Assembly: GCF_003231495.1 (NCBI RefSeq)
Contig: NZ_PQWO01000002.1
Location: 180,001-212,000, forward strand
DNA length: 32,000 nt
Direction: 5' to 3'
Origin: Acaryochloris thomasi RCC1774
GTDB taxonomy: Bacteria; Cyanobacteriota; Cyanobacteriia; Thermosynechococcales; Thermosynechococcaceae
Shown here piece by piece: positions 1 through 9,329 of the stretch. Position 1 is the stretch's first letter. Each line of letters starts with the position of its first letter. The notes below the pieces were generated by a model. It made no database searches. It worked only from the letters and a program-made list of their open reading frames with translations, and was not told the origin of the DNA. The position numbers and the translations under genes are program-made.

Positions 1-12
1 TAAGGAGACGTT

Positions 13-324
13 ATGGATAAAATGGTGCCGTTTTTAGGCATGAATGGATATACAATTCTGGTCTTAAAACTGAAATCATTTAGCGATGCTGATGATGCGA
101 TCGCAGCTTTGAAGGCAGGGCATGTTTTGCTCTTGAACCTCTCGCGTCTGCAGCCTCAATCTATCCAGCGGATGACGGACTACATCGCTGGCAGCACCTA
201 TGCACTCGCGGGTCAGCAGGTTGAAGTTGGCAGCGGTCTGTTTCTGTTTACGCCTCCGGCCATTGGTCTTTCGGCAGGTTCGACAGAGCAAAAACACAGC
301 CAATTCCAGGCTAATTCTGCTTAG
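13..324 (+). CDS. Short SepF-like protein (DUF552 core only, 103 aa)
   Basis: ATG at 13 is preceded by AAGGAG (2-7) and an in-frame TAA at 1-3, so the ORF is not cut by the window edge. The core ILVLKLKSFSDADDAIAALKAGHVLLLNL...DYIAGSTYALAGQQVEVGSGLFLFTP follows the SepF/DUF552 C-terminal domain pattern. Family recognised from memory. Confidence 0.65.
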   Translation: MDKMVPFLGMNGYTILVLKLKSFSDADDAIAALKAGHVLLLNLSRLQPQSIQRMTDYIAGSTYALAGQQVEVGSGLFLFTPPAIGLSAGSTEQKHSQFQANSA

Positions 325-896
325 AATAAAACAAGATATTTTGATGGTTTTAAGAGTGTTGCTCAACAATTATTTGTGGGCAACACTTGTTGTTTTGCTC
401 AAGTCAGCCGGTTGTTGGAGCGCTATCTGATGCCTGATCTGTCTTTGGCTGCCGGCACGATGTTGCCTCTCTCTGGTGGCAGGTTGCGGGGCGATGTTGT
501 GTTAAATGTTGAAATGTCTGGGTCCGAGCTGGTGATGATGATGTGATGTCAGGCGTAGACGGCGAGTTTGAATTAGCGTACGTATATACATGGATGTATA
601 CATAGATCTCTAGAGGGAGAGCTTGCGGCCGATAGTGCCAGTCTTTAGATTAAATGGAGAGCCTCAATATTTCTGATATGGTCCGAAAGGTGACGGGCCA
701 CAGGCACCTAAGACGTTAGGGGCGATCAGTAAGAGGGGCTAGGCTTGTGGAGCCAGATCCTTCGGCGTTCAGAGGGTAATCCGTGTCTGGATCTGAGGGT
801 ATCGCCCGCAAAAATATTGGCTACTGTAGCGCTAGTCCGTTCATGAACAGTTCATAATTGGAAAGCACTTTATTGAAGATAACGCTGAGAAGTCCT

Positions 897-2096
897 ATGG
901 GTCGAGCCGAAAAAGTTGTTCTTGCCTACTCTGGTGGTGTCGATACCTCCGTTTGCATTCCCTACTTGAAGCATGAATGGGGGGTTGAAGAGGTGATAAC
1001 CTTGGCTGCTGATCTGGGGCAGGGGGATGAATTAGAACCCATTCGTGTCAAGGCTTTAGATGCCGGTGCCGCTGAGTCGCTGGTGATGGATGCAACGGAA
1101 CGTTTTGTCACGGACTATGTTTTTCCCGCTATTCAAGCCAATGCGCTGTATGAAGATCGCTATCCTCTCTGTACGGCTTTGGGGCGGCCGCTGATTGCAA
1201 AGCTGCTCGTGGAAGCGGCAGAGAAATACGGGGCCGATGCGGTGGTGCATGGCTGTACGGCCAAGGGCAATGATCAGGTGCGGTTTGATGTTGCGATCGC
1301 AGCTCTCAATCCAGCTCTCAAAGTCTTGGCCCCTGCCCGCGAATGGGGCATGAGCCGCGAAGAAACGATTGCCTATGGTGAAAAGTACGGTGTGCCTTCC
1401 CCGGTGAAAAAATCTTCACCCTACAGCATCGATAAAAATCTGATGGGTCGCAGCGTCGAAGCCGGTCCCCTGGAGGACCCTTGGGTGGAACCGCTGGAAG
1501 AAGTCTACGAAATGACGCAGGCCATTGCTGATGCGCCTGATGAACCGGCCTATGTCGAAATTGGCTTTACCCAGGGCAATCCCACGCGCCTTAACGGTGA
1601 AGCGCTAGCACCGATTGAGTTAGTGACCCAACTCAATCAGATTGTGGGCCAACACGGTGTTGGTCGTATTGACATGGTTGAGAACCGGCTGGTGGGGATA
1701 AAATCCCGTGAGATTTACGAAGCGCCTGGACTGCTGGTTTTGATCCAAGCGCACCAAGATCTAGAGAGTCTCGTCCTGACTAAGGATGTCACCCACTATA
1801 AAAAAGGACTAGAGCAGACCTATACGCAACTGGTCTACAACGGTCTTTGGTATAGCCCCCTGAAGGAAGCCATTGACGCTTTCATACAGCAGACGCAGCA
1901 GCAGGTGACCGGCACCGTGCGCGTGAAGCTCTTTAAAGGCACTGCCGTTGTTGTCGGTCGAAAGTCTGAGCAGTCTCTCTACACGCCGACTCTGGCAACC
2001 TACGGGTCAGATGATACGTTTGATCACAAGGCAGCAGAGGGGTTTATCTATGTCTGGGGCTTGCCCACGCGTGTTTGGTCGCAAAAGACACGGTAG
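897..2096 (+). CDS. argG: Argininosuccinate synthase
   Basis: [25 protein letters not shown] contains the AYSGGLDTS-type ATP-pyrophosphatase motif, and the ~400 aa length fits. The ORF track starts at a TTG (858). The ATG at 897 gives the canonical N-terminus. Confidence 0.95.
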   Translation: MGRAEKVVLAYSGGVDTSVCIPYLKHEWGVEEVITLAADLGQGDELEPIRVKALDAGAAESLVMDATERFVTDYVFPAIQANALYEDRYPLCTALGRPLIAKLLVEAAEKYGADAVVHGCTAKGNDQVRFDVAIAALNPALKVLAPAREWGMSREETIAYGEKYGVPSPVKKSSPYSIDKNLMGRSVEAGPLEDPWVEPLEEVYEMTQAIADAPDEPAYVEIGFTQGNPTRLNGEALAPIELVTQLNQIVGQHGVGRIDMVENRLVGIKSREIYEAPGLLVLIQAHQDLESLVLTKDVTHYKKGLEQTYTQLVYNGLWYSPLKEAIDAFIQQTQQQVTGTVRVKLFKGTAVVVGRKSEQSLYTPTLATYGSDDTFDHKAAEGFIYVWGLPTRVWSQKTR

Positions 2097-2139
2097 GCGA
2101 TCTCTCCATCTGAAAGGAGCGTAGTTACCGTTTCTGTAA

Positions 2140-2171
2140 CCTATGCCTGCTTTAAACAAAGCAGGCATAGG
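2140..2171 (+). terminator. Perfect 14-bp stem hairpin downstream of argG
   Basis: cctatgcctgcttt-aaac-aaagcaggcatagg lies 44 nt after the argG stop. No U-tract follows, so it may be an RNA-stability element rather than an intrinsic terminator. Confidence 0.4.
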
Positions 2172-2463
2172 ATGGTTCTGTGAGGCAATCTTTTAACAAT
2201 AGTGGGTAATCTTTGGGAAGAGCCTTTCCTCTCCCGTTGCCCAAATTTGTGATGCTTGCTGCCCCACGGGGAAATGCCGAGGTGTTGGCCAAGTACGTCC
2301 AGCATGGATGGCCTCGATCGTGATGTAATGCGCCGCTTCTTCAGGGATGGGGAGCGAATGTAAAGGGGCAGAGAGCTTTTCAAGTATCCCTGTGATCTCT
2401 TATAGGACCCAGCTCTTGCCCAGTTGAAGGCTTGCCTTCTTTGGGTGGAGTGCCAGGATAAAG

Positions 2464-5280
2464 ATGCGTAACCGTAATATTGGCCCCAGATTTATCGATG
2501 CGATCGCAAGTCTTCTCTTAGCACCGGCCATCTTGCCACTGCTCTCTCATCCCTTAATGTTGGAGGCCGCTCTCGCTCAAGGGATATCAAAAAAAACTAC
2601 AGATACAGTCCTGCATCAGGTTAATAGCTGTCTGCAAAATGTCAAAACTCAGCAGTATTCCACTGCTCTGCAGATCTGTCAGAAAGCTAGACAAAGTGCC
2701 CGTGCTGCCGAAAATCAACAGGGTGAAGCGAAGGCACTGCTAAGCCTAGGATTAACCCACTGGTCGCTATCGCAGTATGAACCCGCGATCAGCGCCTTTG
2801 AACAAGCATTGCCCCTCTATCAAGCCGTTAACGATCGCAACGAGGAAGCCAAGGTACTCACTAATATTGGACTCGTCTATCGAGATTTATCCAAGTACGA
2901 GCAGGCGATTACCTACTACGAGCAAGCACTCCCAATTTTCCGCACCCTTAAAGACCGTAGCGGCGAAGCACATGTATTGGGCAACCTTGCCTCAGCCTAC
3001 TGGTCTCTCTCAGACTACGAACAGGTGATTGCCATTTACAAGCAAGTGCGATCTGTCTTTCGTGAACTTAAGGACCGCAGCAACGAAGCCAAAGCACTTT
3101 GGGGGTTAGGAATTACCCACTGGTCCTTGTCTCAGCATGAGCAGGCTATCTCATTCTATGAGCAAGCCCTGCGCCTCTTCCGCGCAGATAACAATCGCTA
3201 TGGTGAAGCCACTATGCTGATGGGACTGGGGACTGCCCACGGAGAGCTGGCGCGGCATAAACAGGAAATCTCATTCTATGAACAAGCGCTCCCAATTTTT
3301 CAAACGCTTCAAAATCGCAGACAAGAAGCAAGAGTGTTGAACAATCTGGGCACAGCTTATCGTTCTCTTTCTGAGTACAGGCAGGCTATTGCATTTTTTG
3401 AAGAGGCGCTCCCCATTTTTCGAGAACTTAAAGGCCGAGATGATGAAGCAAAAGCCTTAACCAACCTGGGGTTAACCTACCGATTCCTCTCTAAACATAA
3501 GCGGGCTATCTCACTGTTTGAAGAAGCACTGCCCATTTTCCGCACCATCAAAGATCGAACGGGCGAAGGATGGGTGCTCGGCCATCTCGGCAGTGCTCAC
3601 GCCCAGCAAAATCGGCCCGAGTTAGCCATCGTTTTTTACAAGCAATCCGTCAACGTCCGTGAGACGATTCGCCAAGGACTGCAGCCTCTCGCCGCTGAGC
3701 TACAGGCTTCCTATACCGACTCGATCTCCGGTACCTATCGTCAACTGGCAGATCTCCTGCTAGAGCAGGGACGTATTCTCGAAGCACAACAGGTTTTGGA
3801 ACTGCTCAAGGTTCAAGAAATTCGTGATTTTAATCAGGACACTCGTGCAGGGGCCGCAGTCCCAGGTATTCCCCTAAGTCCTACAGAAACAGCCATTTTA
3901 GATAAATTTGATAGTTTGATTGTCTTCGGTCAGACCCTAGAGGCGTGCCGTCAGAGTAACTGTGCCCAACTTGAAAAATTGAGCAATCAACGAATCGAAC
4001 TCGCAAGCCAGTATAACGAGACTATCGGACAATTCCGTCCAGAGCTGAGAGGGCGTCCAGGGGATGACAAAGGATTCTTTGACCCAGAACTGCTGGGAGA
4101 TGCTCAGGAGTTAGTGGAACGAACCCAGGCTAAGACCCAGGCCAAAACGGTTCTAATTTATCCGCTAGTTCTTAATAAAAAGTTGTGGCTGCTGTGGGTG
4201 GCTGCTGGTGGGGTAGTCAAGAGTCAGCCCGTCAAGGTTAGTCAAGCCGAACTCAGTCAGACCGTCCTGAGCTTTCGTCAACAGATGAAAGTTTGTGAAG
4301 TCCGAACCTGTACGAAGGCTGACACTCAACGGCTTAAGGAGATTAGCCAAGAACTCTATGACTGGCTGATCCGTCCTGTGGAATCTGAGCTGACCCGCAA
4401 CAAAGTTCAGAATCTGGTCTTTGCCCTCGACCGGACGGTTCGTTATGTACCGATGGCGGCCCTCCATGATGGTCAACGATACCTGGTTGAAAAATATACG
4501 CTCTCGACCATTCTCTCAGCAGCATTGACAGATACAAGCGATCGCAAACCCTTCGATGCTGACACCCAAGTTTTAGCCATGGGCGTATCGGATGCCGTGG
4601 CTGGCTTTAACCCTCTCCAGTACGTTCCGGCTGAGCTAAACCAGATCGTTCGCCAACAGAATCAAGACTCTCAAGGGATTTATCCAGGGCATGCCCTACT
4701 CAACCAAACCTTTGATGCCGCTGCACTGACGGGGCAACTGGAGCGCCGCCAGCACCGGATTGTCCATATTGCTACCCACGGCAAATTTGTTCCAGGGAAC
4801 TACTTGGACTCTTTCTTGCTATTAGGGGATGGTAAAAAGCTTTCGATTGAGCAGATCCGAACGCTGCCGTTGATGTCTACTGTGGATTTAGTGGTTTTGA
4901 GTGCTTGTGAATCGGCATTGGGCGGAACCGATCAGCTTGATGGTGTAGAAATTGCCAGCATGAGCTACTACTTTCTGACGCGTAAAGTTAAGACCGTGCT
5001 GGCATCGCTCTGGCAGGTGAATGATGCCAGTACTAGCTTATTAATGCGGTCGTTTTATCAACATCTGGCAAAAGACAAAGCGCAGTCGCCCATTACTAAA
5101 GCTCAAGCGCTGCAATCGGCTCAGCTCAGTTTTATCAATCAGACCGTAACCGCTGCAGATCCTACAGCCAGGGCTAGCATTCAGGTTAAATCTTCCCGTC
5201 CATCGACGGGCACAATGACCAAAGACCTTTCCCATCCTTACTATTGGGCCCCTTTCATTCTGATTGGGAATGGTCTATAA
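2464..5280 (+). CDS. Signal-peptide TPR-repeat / CHAT-domain (caspase-like) protein, 938 aa
   Basis: The N-terminus IASLLLAPAILPLLSHPLMLEAALA-QG looks like a signal peptide. Eight tandem 40-residue TPR units follow. The C-terminal region has the CHAT-type His/Cys dyad contexts RIVHIATHG (His codon 4777-4779) and DLVVLSACES (Cys codon 4906-4908), and ends ...HPYYWAPFILIGN, typical of CHAT domains. Confidence 0.85.
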   Translation: MRNRNIGPRFIDAIASLLLAPAILPLLSHPLMLEAALAQGISKKTTDTVLHQVNSCLQNVKTQQYSTALQICQKARQSARAAENQQGEAKALLSLGLTHWSLSQYEPAISAFEQALPLYQAVNDRNEEAKVLTNIGLVYRDLSKYEQAITYYEQALPIFRTLKDRSGEAHVLGNLASAYWSLSDYEQVIAIYKQVRSVFRELKDRSNEAKALWGLGITHWSLSQHEQAISFYEQALRLFRADNNRYGEATMLMGLGTAHGELARHKQEISFYEQALPIFQTLQNRRQEARVLNNLGTAYRSLSEYRQAIAFFEEALPIFRELKGRDDEAKALTNLGLTYRFLSKHKRAISLFEEALPIFRTIKDRTGEGWVLGHLGSAHAQQNRPELAIVFYKQSVNVRETIRQGLQPLAAELQASYTDSISGTYRQLADLLLEQGRILEAQQVLELLKVQEIRDFNQDTRAGAAVPGIPLSPTETAILDKFDSLIVFGQTLEACRQSNCAQLEKLSNQRIELASQYNETIGQFRPELRGRPGDDKGFFDPELLGDAQELVERTQAKTQAKTVLIYPLVLNKKLWLLWVAAGGVVKSQPVKVSQAELSQTVLSFRQQMKVCEVRTCTKADTQRLKEISQELYDWLIRPVESELTRNKVQNLVFALDRTVRYVPMAALHDGQRYLVEKYTLSTILSAALTDTSDRKPFDADTQVLAMGVSDAVAGFNPLQYVPAELNQIVRQQNQDSQGIYPGHALLNQTFDAAALTGQLERRQHRIVHIATHGKFVPGNYLDSFLLLGDGKKLSIEQIRTLPLMSTVDLVVLSACESALGGTDQLDGVEIASMSYYFLTRKVKTVLASLWQVNDASTSLLMRSFYQHLAKDKAQSPITKAQALQSAQLSFINQTVTAADPTARASIQVKSSRPSTGTMTKDLSHPYYWAPFILIGNGL
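2722..3682 (+). repeat. Intragenic 120-bp periodic repeat (8 TPR units)
   Basis: Units of the form EAxxLxNLGxxYxxLSxYEQAIxxYEQALPIFRxLKDRxG recur every 40 codons. Recurring DNA strings include tatgagcaagc / tatgaacaagcgctcccaatttt / gaagaggcgctccccattttt. Confidence 0.8.
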
Positions 5281-5424
5281 AGCGTTTGACAATTGCGGCT
5301 GACTCTGAGCTTTGAGGCAGGATATTCTGCAATTGAGGGTGAGTTATTCACCTAATCTTAAGGTGAGGTGACCGATAGTCAGATACACTGCTGAAATTGT
5401 TGGATATCGTCCGGGTGCGCTCTT

Positions 5425-6222
5425 GTGAAGTCATTCCTGAAATATTTAGGTCTGATCACCTGGGCGAGACGTTTACTGTCCGCAATTTTGTTGGGGGGAC
5501 AGGTTTTTATCCACGTGCTACAGGGGAAAATTCATCGTCGAAATACCCTAGAACAGATGGCGATTGTCGGGCCAGAATCTATCTTGGTCGCTCTAATGAC
5601 CGCTACCTTTGTGGGGATGGTCTTTACCATTCAGGTGGCTCGAGAATTTATTGCTTTTGGTCTCATACAGGCGGTGGGCGGTGTCCTGGCTCTGGCTTTA
5701 ACACGTGAATTGGCTCCTGTGCTCACGGCCGTCATTATTGCTGGTCGGGTGTGTTCAGCCTTCGCGGCTGAGATTGGTACCATGCGTGTCACTGAGCAAA
5801 TTGATGCTCTGCAAATGTTAGATACTGACCCCGTTGATTACCTCGTCATTCCTCGATTAATTGCCTGCTGTGTCATGTTGCCTGTTTTGACACTGCTCTC
5901 TTTGGTGGCTGGGATCACCGGCGGTCTGGGGGTTGCCATCACCGTCTACAGCGTGCCTCCAACCGTATTCGTTGACTCGGTTAGGGGCTTTTTGAGTTTC
6001 TCTGACTTGGGGAACGCCATGATCAAAGCCTCGGTTTTTGGAGCCGTGATTGCGATTGTGGGCTCGAGTTGGGGGCTAACGACCCGTGGAGGAGCCAAGG
6101 GAGTGGGGCAGTCCACGACGGCCGCGGTGGTGACGGCCTTGCTTTCTATTTTTGTGGTTAACTTTTTCTTGTCTTTGCTCATGTTTCAGGGAACAAGCAG
6201 CAATGCGCTTCAGAATTTATGA
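5425..6222 (+). CDS. mlaE: MlaE/TGD1-family ABC transporter permease
   Basis: 265 aa polytopic membrane protein. EQMAIVGPESILVALMTATFVGMVFTIQVAREF and GRVCSAFAAEIGTMRVTEQIDALQMLDTDPVDYLVIPRL match the MlaE/Ttg2B permease signature. GTG start. Confidence 0.8.
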   Translation: MKSFLKYLGLITWARRLLSAILLGGQVFIHVLQGKIHRRNTLEQMAIVGPESILVALMTATFVGMVFTIQVAREFIAFGLIQAVGGVLALALTRELAPVLTAVIIAGRVCSAFAAEIGTMRVTEQIDALQMLDTDPVDYLVIPRLIACCVMLPVLTLLSLVAGITGGLGVAITVYSVPPTVFVDSVRGFLSFSDLGNAMIKASVFGAVIAIVGSSWGLTTRGGAKGVGQSTTAAVVTALLSIFVVNFFLSLLMFQGTSSNALQNL

Positions 6223-6304
6223 AGCCAGACCCTTTAGAATGAAGGTGCTTCACCCAAGGTGCTGATCTTGTGGACGGAGTGCTCACCGAACTTTTTTTTG
6301 CAGT

Positions 6305-6733
6305 ATGGGTATTTTTTCCCCGAAGGCCACTCGGTCGAAACGGCAGACCGTCATTCTGACACCTCGCTACTGGGTGCCTTTAGGCGTCGCTATTTTTGCA
6401 ATTCCGCTTTTTTTCCTGAATCTCTGGGTTGGAGCTGTTGTACTTGTCTTCGCTGGTTTTTTAGCGTTTCAAGCGGCGACGATTCGATTCCATTTTACAA
6501 GTGATGCTCTGGAGCTGTATCGCGGTGAAACTCAGCTTCGCAGTTTTCCCTACAAGGACTGGAGCAACTGGGCGATCTTCTGGCCACCGGTTCCCATTCT
6601 GTTCTACTTTCGGGAGGTCAACAGCATCCATTTTACTCCGATGTTGTTTGATCCTAAAACGCTCCAGGCTTGCCTAGAAGAACGCTGTCCCCGTAAACTG
6701 CCTGAGACGCCCGCTAAAACTGCGAAGCAATAG
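6305..6733 (+). CDS. Conserved cyanobacterial/plastid-lineage membrane protein, DUF3119-like
   Basis: Two predicted TM helices (WVPLGVAIFAIPLFFLNLWVGAVVLVFAGFLAF) are followed by RFHFTSDALELY...FPYKDWSNWAIFWPPVPILFYFREVNSIHFTPMLFD. The DUF3119 assignment is from memory. Confidence 0.6.
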   Translation: MGIFSPKATRSKRQTVILTPRYWVPLGVAIFAIPLFFLNLWVGAVVLVFAGFLAFQAATIRFHFTSDALELYRGETQLRSFPYKDWSNWAIFWPPVPILFYFREVNSIHFTPMLFDPKTLQACLEERCPRKLPETPAKTAKQ

Positions 6734-6753
6734 CTGTTTAACTATCAACGATT

Positions 6754-7845
6754 GTGGCCAATTCTGATTTCTCTTTAACTGGTTTGCAAACCGAAGCTCA
6801 AGCGCTTCGACAGGAGATTTCTGATCTTAAGGGACAGAAGGCACAGCTCCTGCAGCGGCAGTTGCAAGAGATGGAGGTAATTGCGGAGCGATTGACAGCG
6901 GGAAATTTAAAAGAGCTAGAGGAACGCAAACAAAAGCTGCAGCTTGCGGTTGATCAGCTAGAGCGTCGTCATGAACGTCTGCAGGCAGAGATGAAGCAAA
7001 GCTTTGCCGGCGTTTCGCAGGATATGGCGGTCAGGGTTCAAGGGTTTCGGGACTACCTAACGACGAGCCTGCAGGATCTGGTGACCTCGGTGGAGCAGCT
7101 AGAGTTAACGCCTGAGTCTCCGCCGATATCTAGGGAAATACCGTCTAGAGAATCTTCCCGCAGCCGCCGCGAAGAACGACTGGAGGCGCGTTCCCGGCGA
7201 GAAGAGGTTCAGGATGATCGTCCGGTTCGGGAGCCGCGTCGCGGTCGGGGTGCGCAATCTGAAGAGGGTGGAACACCTCAGTTTGCATCCCAGAGCTTTC
7301 AAGAAGAGATGCGCCAGATTCGTAAGCTGATTGATCAGTACCGGACGAATCCCAATTATTACGGTCCGCCCTGGCAGCTTCGCCGAACCTTTGAACCGAT
7401 TCATGCAGAGCGAGTCTCGCAGTGGTTTTTTACTTTTGGGGGGCGGGGGGCGCTGAAGGCGCTCAGCAGTCGTCTACAAAATATTTTGGTGGCTTCGGCT
7501 ACGATCTCGATTCTGCGGAAGCTGCACGGCGACCGGGTGCGAACGCTAATTTTGGCTGACTCACCGGAGCGGCTTGGCGACTGGCGACGGGGCCTGCAGG
7601 ATTGTTTGGGCATCTCGCGCACTGACTTTGGTCCCGATCGCGGTATTGTGCTGTTCGAGTCGCCGGATTCGCTAGCTCAGAAGGCCGATCGTTTAGTGAA
7701 GGCGAATCAGCTTCCGTTGATTTTGCTCGATGATGCCGAGGAGTATGTGAGTCTGACGATTCTGCAGTTTCCGCTCTGGCTGGCCTTCGCGCCGGAGCCG
7801 CAGTTGAGACGAGAGCGCAACTCCACTTTCGAGTGGTTTGAGTAA
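6754..7845 (+). CDS. Coiled-coil protein with R/E-rich linker and conserved C-terminal domain, DUF3086-like
   Basis: GTG start. The N-terminal ~110 aa are heptad-rich (LRQEISDLKGQKAQLLQRQLQEME...). The linker is SRESSRSRREERLEARSRREEVQDDRPVREPRRGRG. The C-terminal region is YGPPWQLRRTFEPIHAERVSQWFFTFGGRGA. The DUF number is from memory. Confidence 0.5.
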   Translation: MANSDFSLTGLQTEAQALRQEISDLKGQKAQLLQRQLQEMEVIAERLTAGNLKELEERKQKLQLAVDQLERRHERLQAEMKQSFAGVSQDMAVRVQGFRDYLTTSLQDLVTSVEQLELTPESPPISREIPSRESSRSRREERLEARSRREEVQDDRPVREPRRGRGAQSEEGGTPQFASQSFQEEMRQIRKLIDQYRTNPNYYGPPWQLRRTFEPIHAERVSQWFFTFGGRGALKALSSRLQNILVASATISILRKLHGDRVRTLILADSPERLGDWRRGLQDCLGISRTDFGPDRGIVLFESPDSLAQKADRLVKANQLPLILLDDAEEYVSLTILQFPLWLAFAPEPQLRRERNSTFEWFE

Positions 7846-7916
7846 TCTTAATTGGCTTGCGCTCCGTTATTAGACATTATTGAGAAGTGACCTCTTAGCG
7901 TGAAGCGTCCTGAATC

Positions 7917-8582
7917 ATGGTTCTCTGGATTGTCCTTAATGGCGTCATACTGATTGCAGCCTATTTTCTCGGTTCTTTCCCCACCGGATTTTTGCTGGGA
8001 AAGGCGCTGCAGGGCATCGATATTCGGGAGCATGGCTCCAAATCAACAGGGGCGACCAATGTCTTGCGTACTTTGGGTAAAGGGCCAGGGGCGACGGTTT
8101 TAATTGTGGATGTTTTGAAGGGCGCAGCGGCTATTGCGGTGGCGCAGTGGGCTTATACCTCGAGCGCAGGGCTACTCGGCTATCAACCTGAAACGGTGAA
8201 TCCTGGAGCATGGATGCCTTGGACTGTGGTTCTTGCGGGCCTTGCCGTAGTTCTAGGTCACAGCAAGTCAATCTGGCTCAAATTCCAAGGGGGGAAGTCA
8301 GTGGCGACGGGCCTCGGCCTGCTTCTGATGCTTAATTGGCAGGTCGGTTTGACCATGCTGGGCATTTTTAGTTTGGTCCTGGCTCTCTCACGCATGGTGT
8401 CTCTCAGCTCGATTTCAGCGGTGCTGGCGCTGCCGATTTTAATGGTTCTATTCCATCAGCCGATCGCCTATCTCTGTCTGGGTATTGTGGGAGGGCTATA
8501 CGTGGTCTGGCGTCACTGGGCCAATATTGAGCGTATTCTAGCTGGCACAGAACCCCGTTTAGGACAGAAATCGACGGCATGA
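7917..8582 (+). CDS. plsY: Glycerol-3-phosphate acyltransferase PlsY
   Basis: GSFPTGFLLGKALQGIDIREHGSKSTGATNVLRTLGKGPGATVLIVDVLKG is the canonical PlsY N-terminal signature. ~220 aa multi-TM protein. Confidence 0.9.
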   Translation: MVLWIVLNGVILIAAYFLGSFPTGFLLGKALQGIDIREHGSKSTGATNVLRTLGKGPGATVLIVDVLKGAAAIAVAQWAYTSSAGLLGYQPETVNPGAWMPWTVVLAGLAVVLGHSKSIWLKFQGGKSVATGLGLLLMLNWQVGLTMLGIFSLVLALSRMVSLSSISAVLALPILMVLFHQPIAYLCLGIVGGLYVVWRHWANIERILAGTEPRLGQKSTA

Positions 8583-9289
8583 CCTGGCTTTTAACGAACG
8601 ATGACGGTATTGACGCTCCGGGCTTGCAGGCCCTGGCTCAGGCGCTCCCTGCTGACTTAGGTGAAGATGTTGTTGTTGTGGCCCCGATGCAGGAGCAGTC
8701 TGGCTGCGGCCATCAGGTGACGACGCATCGCCCAATTCAGATTCGAGAAGCTGATCCCGAGACCTTTGCTCACGTTCAGCGCGCCTACGCCATTGCCGGT
8801 ACTCCTGCAGACTGTGTGCGAGTGGCTCTGCATCATTTACAGGAAGAGATTACTTTTGTTTGCTCCGGCATTAATGCGGGCGGTAATCTTGGGGTTGATA
8901 TCTATATGTCGGGGACCGTGGCTGCCGTGCGGGAATCAGCTTTCTACGGCATTCCGGGAATTGCGCTGTCGCAGTACCGACGTGGACCTGTGAGCATTGA
9001 CTGGGCTAGGGCGGCCCGACTGGGTGGGGGTGCGATCGCAAAGCTCCTGCTTCATCCCCTAGAACGCGGCCAGTTCTGGAACATCAACCTGCCCCACCCC
9101 GATCCTGACTGTCTGCACCCTGATCTAGTTTTCGGCACGAGCTGCACACACCCCATGCCCTGCAGCTTCAAACAAGAAAATGACCAGCTTTCCTATCAAG
9201 GCAACTACGGAGGCCGTTCTCGACGGGCTGGAGCTGACGTGGCAATCTGCTTTGGAGGGCAAATCGCCGCCACTCAAATCAAAGTCTAA
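8579..9289 (+). CDS. surE: SurE-family 5'/3'-nucleotidase-like protein
   Basis: MTWLLTNDDGIDAPGLQALAQAL (the NDDG motif), GTPADCV and SGINAGGNLGVDIYMSGTVAAVRES match SurE. The start overlaps the plsY stop in ATGA (8579-8582), which suggests translational coupling. Confidence 0.8.
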   Translation: MTWLLTNDDGIDAPGLQALAQALPADLGEDVVVVAPMQEQSGCGHQVTTHRPIQIREADPETFAHVQRAYAIAGTPADCVRVALHHLQEEITFVCSGINAGGNLGVDIYMSGTVAAVRESAFYGIPGIALSQYRRGPVSIDWARAARLGGGAIAKLLLHPLERGQFWNINLPHPDPDCLHPDLVFGTSCTHPMPCSFKQENDQLSYQGNYGGRSRRAGADVAICFGGQIAATQIKV

Positions 9290-9329
9290 ACTGAGTTCTT
9301 GGAATGTAACGCAATGTAAATTTTTTGAC

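Noticed and set aside
577-606. The AT-rich repeat gtacgtatatacatggatgtatacata as an NtcA or other GTA-N8-TAC site.
   Set aside because: No GTA/TAC pair has the required 8-nt spacing.
681-709. ggtccgaaaggtgacgggccacagg resembling the SRP RNA GGUCCGGAAGGAAGCAGC motif, and cgttca resembling the glutamine riboswitch.
   Set aside because: The conserved AGCA/GGAA symmetric-loop motifs of SRP RNA are absent, as is the ACGGAAGUAGG core of the glnA motif.
2141-2383. An 80-aa minus-strand ORF in the argG/CHAT spacer.
   Set aside because: The sequence is very basic and low-complexity (KKRRITSRSRPS…). It overlaps the argG hairpin, has no RBS and matches no recognisable family.
2722-3682. A regular 120-bp periodicity that could be mistaken for a tandem-repeat or CRISPR-like array.
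   Set aside because: The repeats lie in one continuous reading frame and translate to eight TPR units. There are no unique spacers and no conserved short direct repeat.
2464-5280. The TPR-CHAT protein as part of a type III-E CRISPR (Csx29-like) system.
   Set aside because: No cas genes, CRISPR array or associated factors occur anywhere in the window. A signal peptide is predicted. Stand-alone TPR-CHAT proteins are common in cyanobacteria.
5397-6504. Alternative-frame ORFs at 5397-5708 and 6259-6504.
   Set aside because: They overlap the MlaE and DUF3119-like genes in other frames. Those genes have clear family signatures and these ORFs do not.
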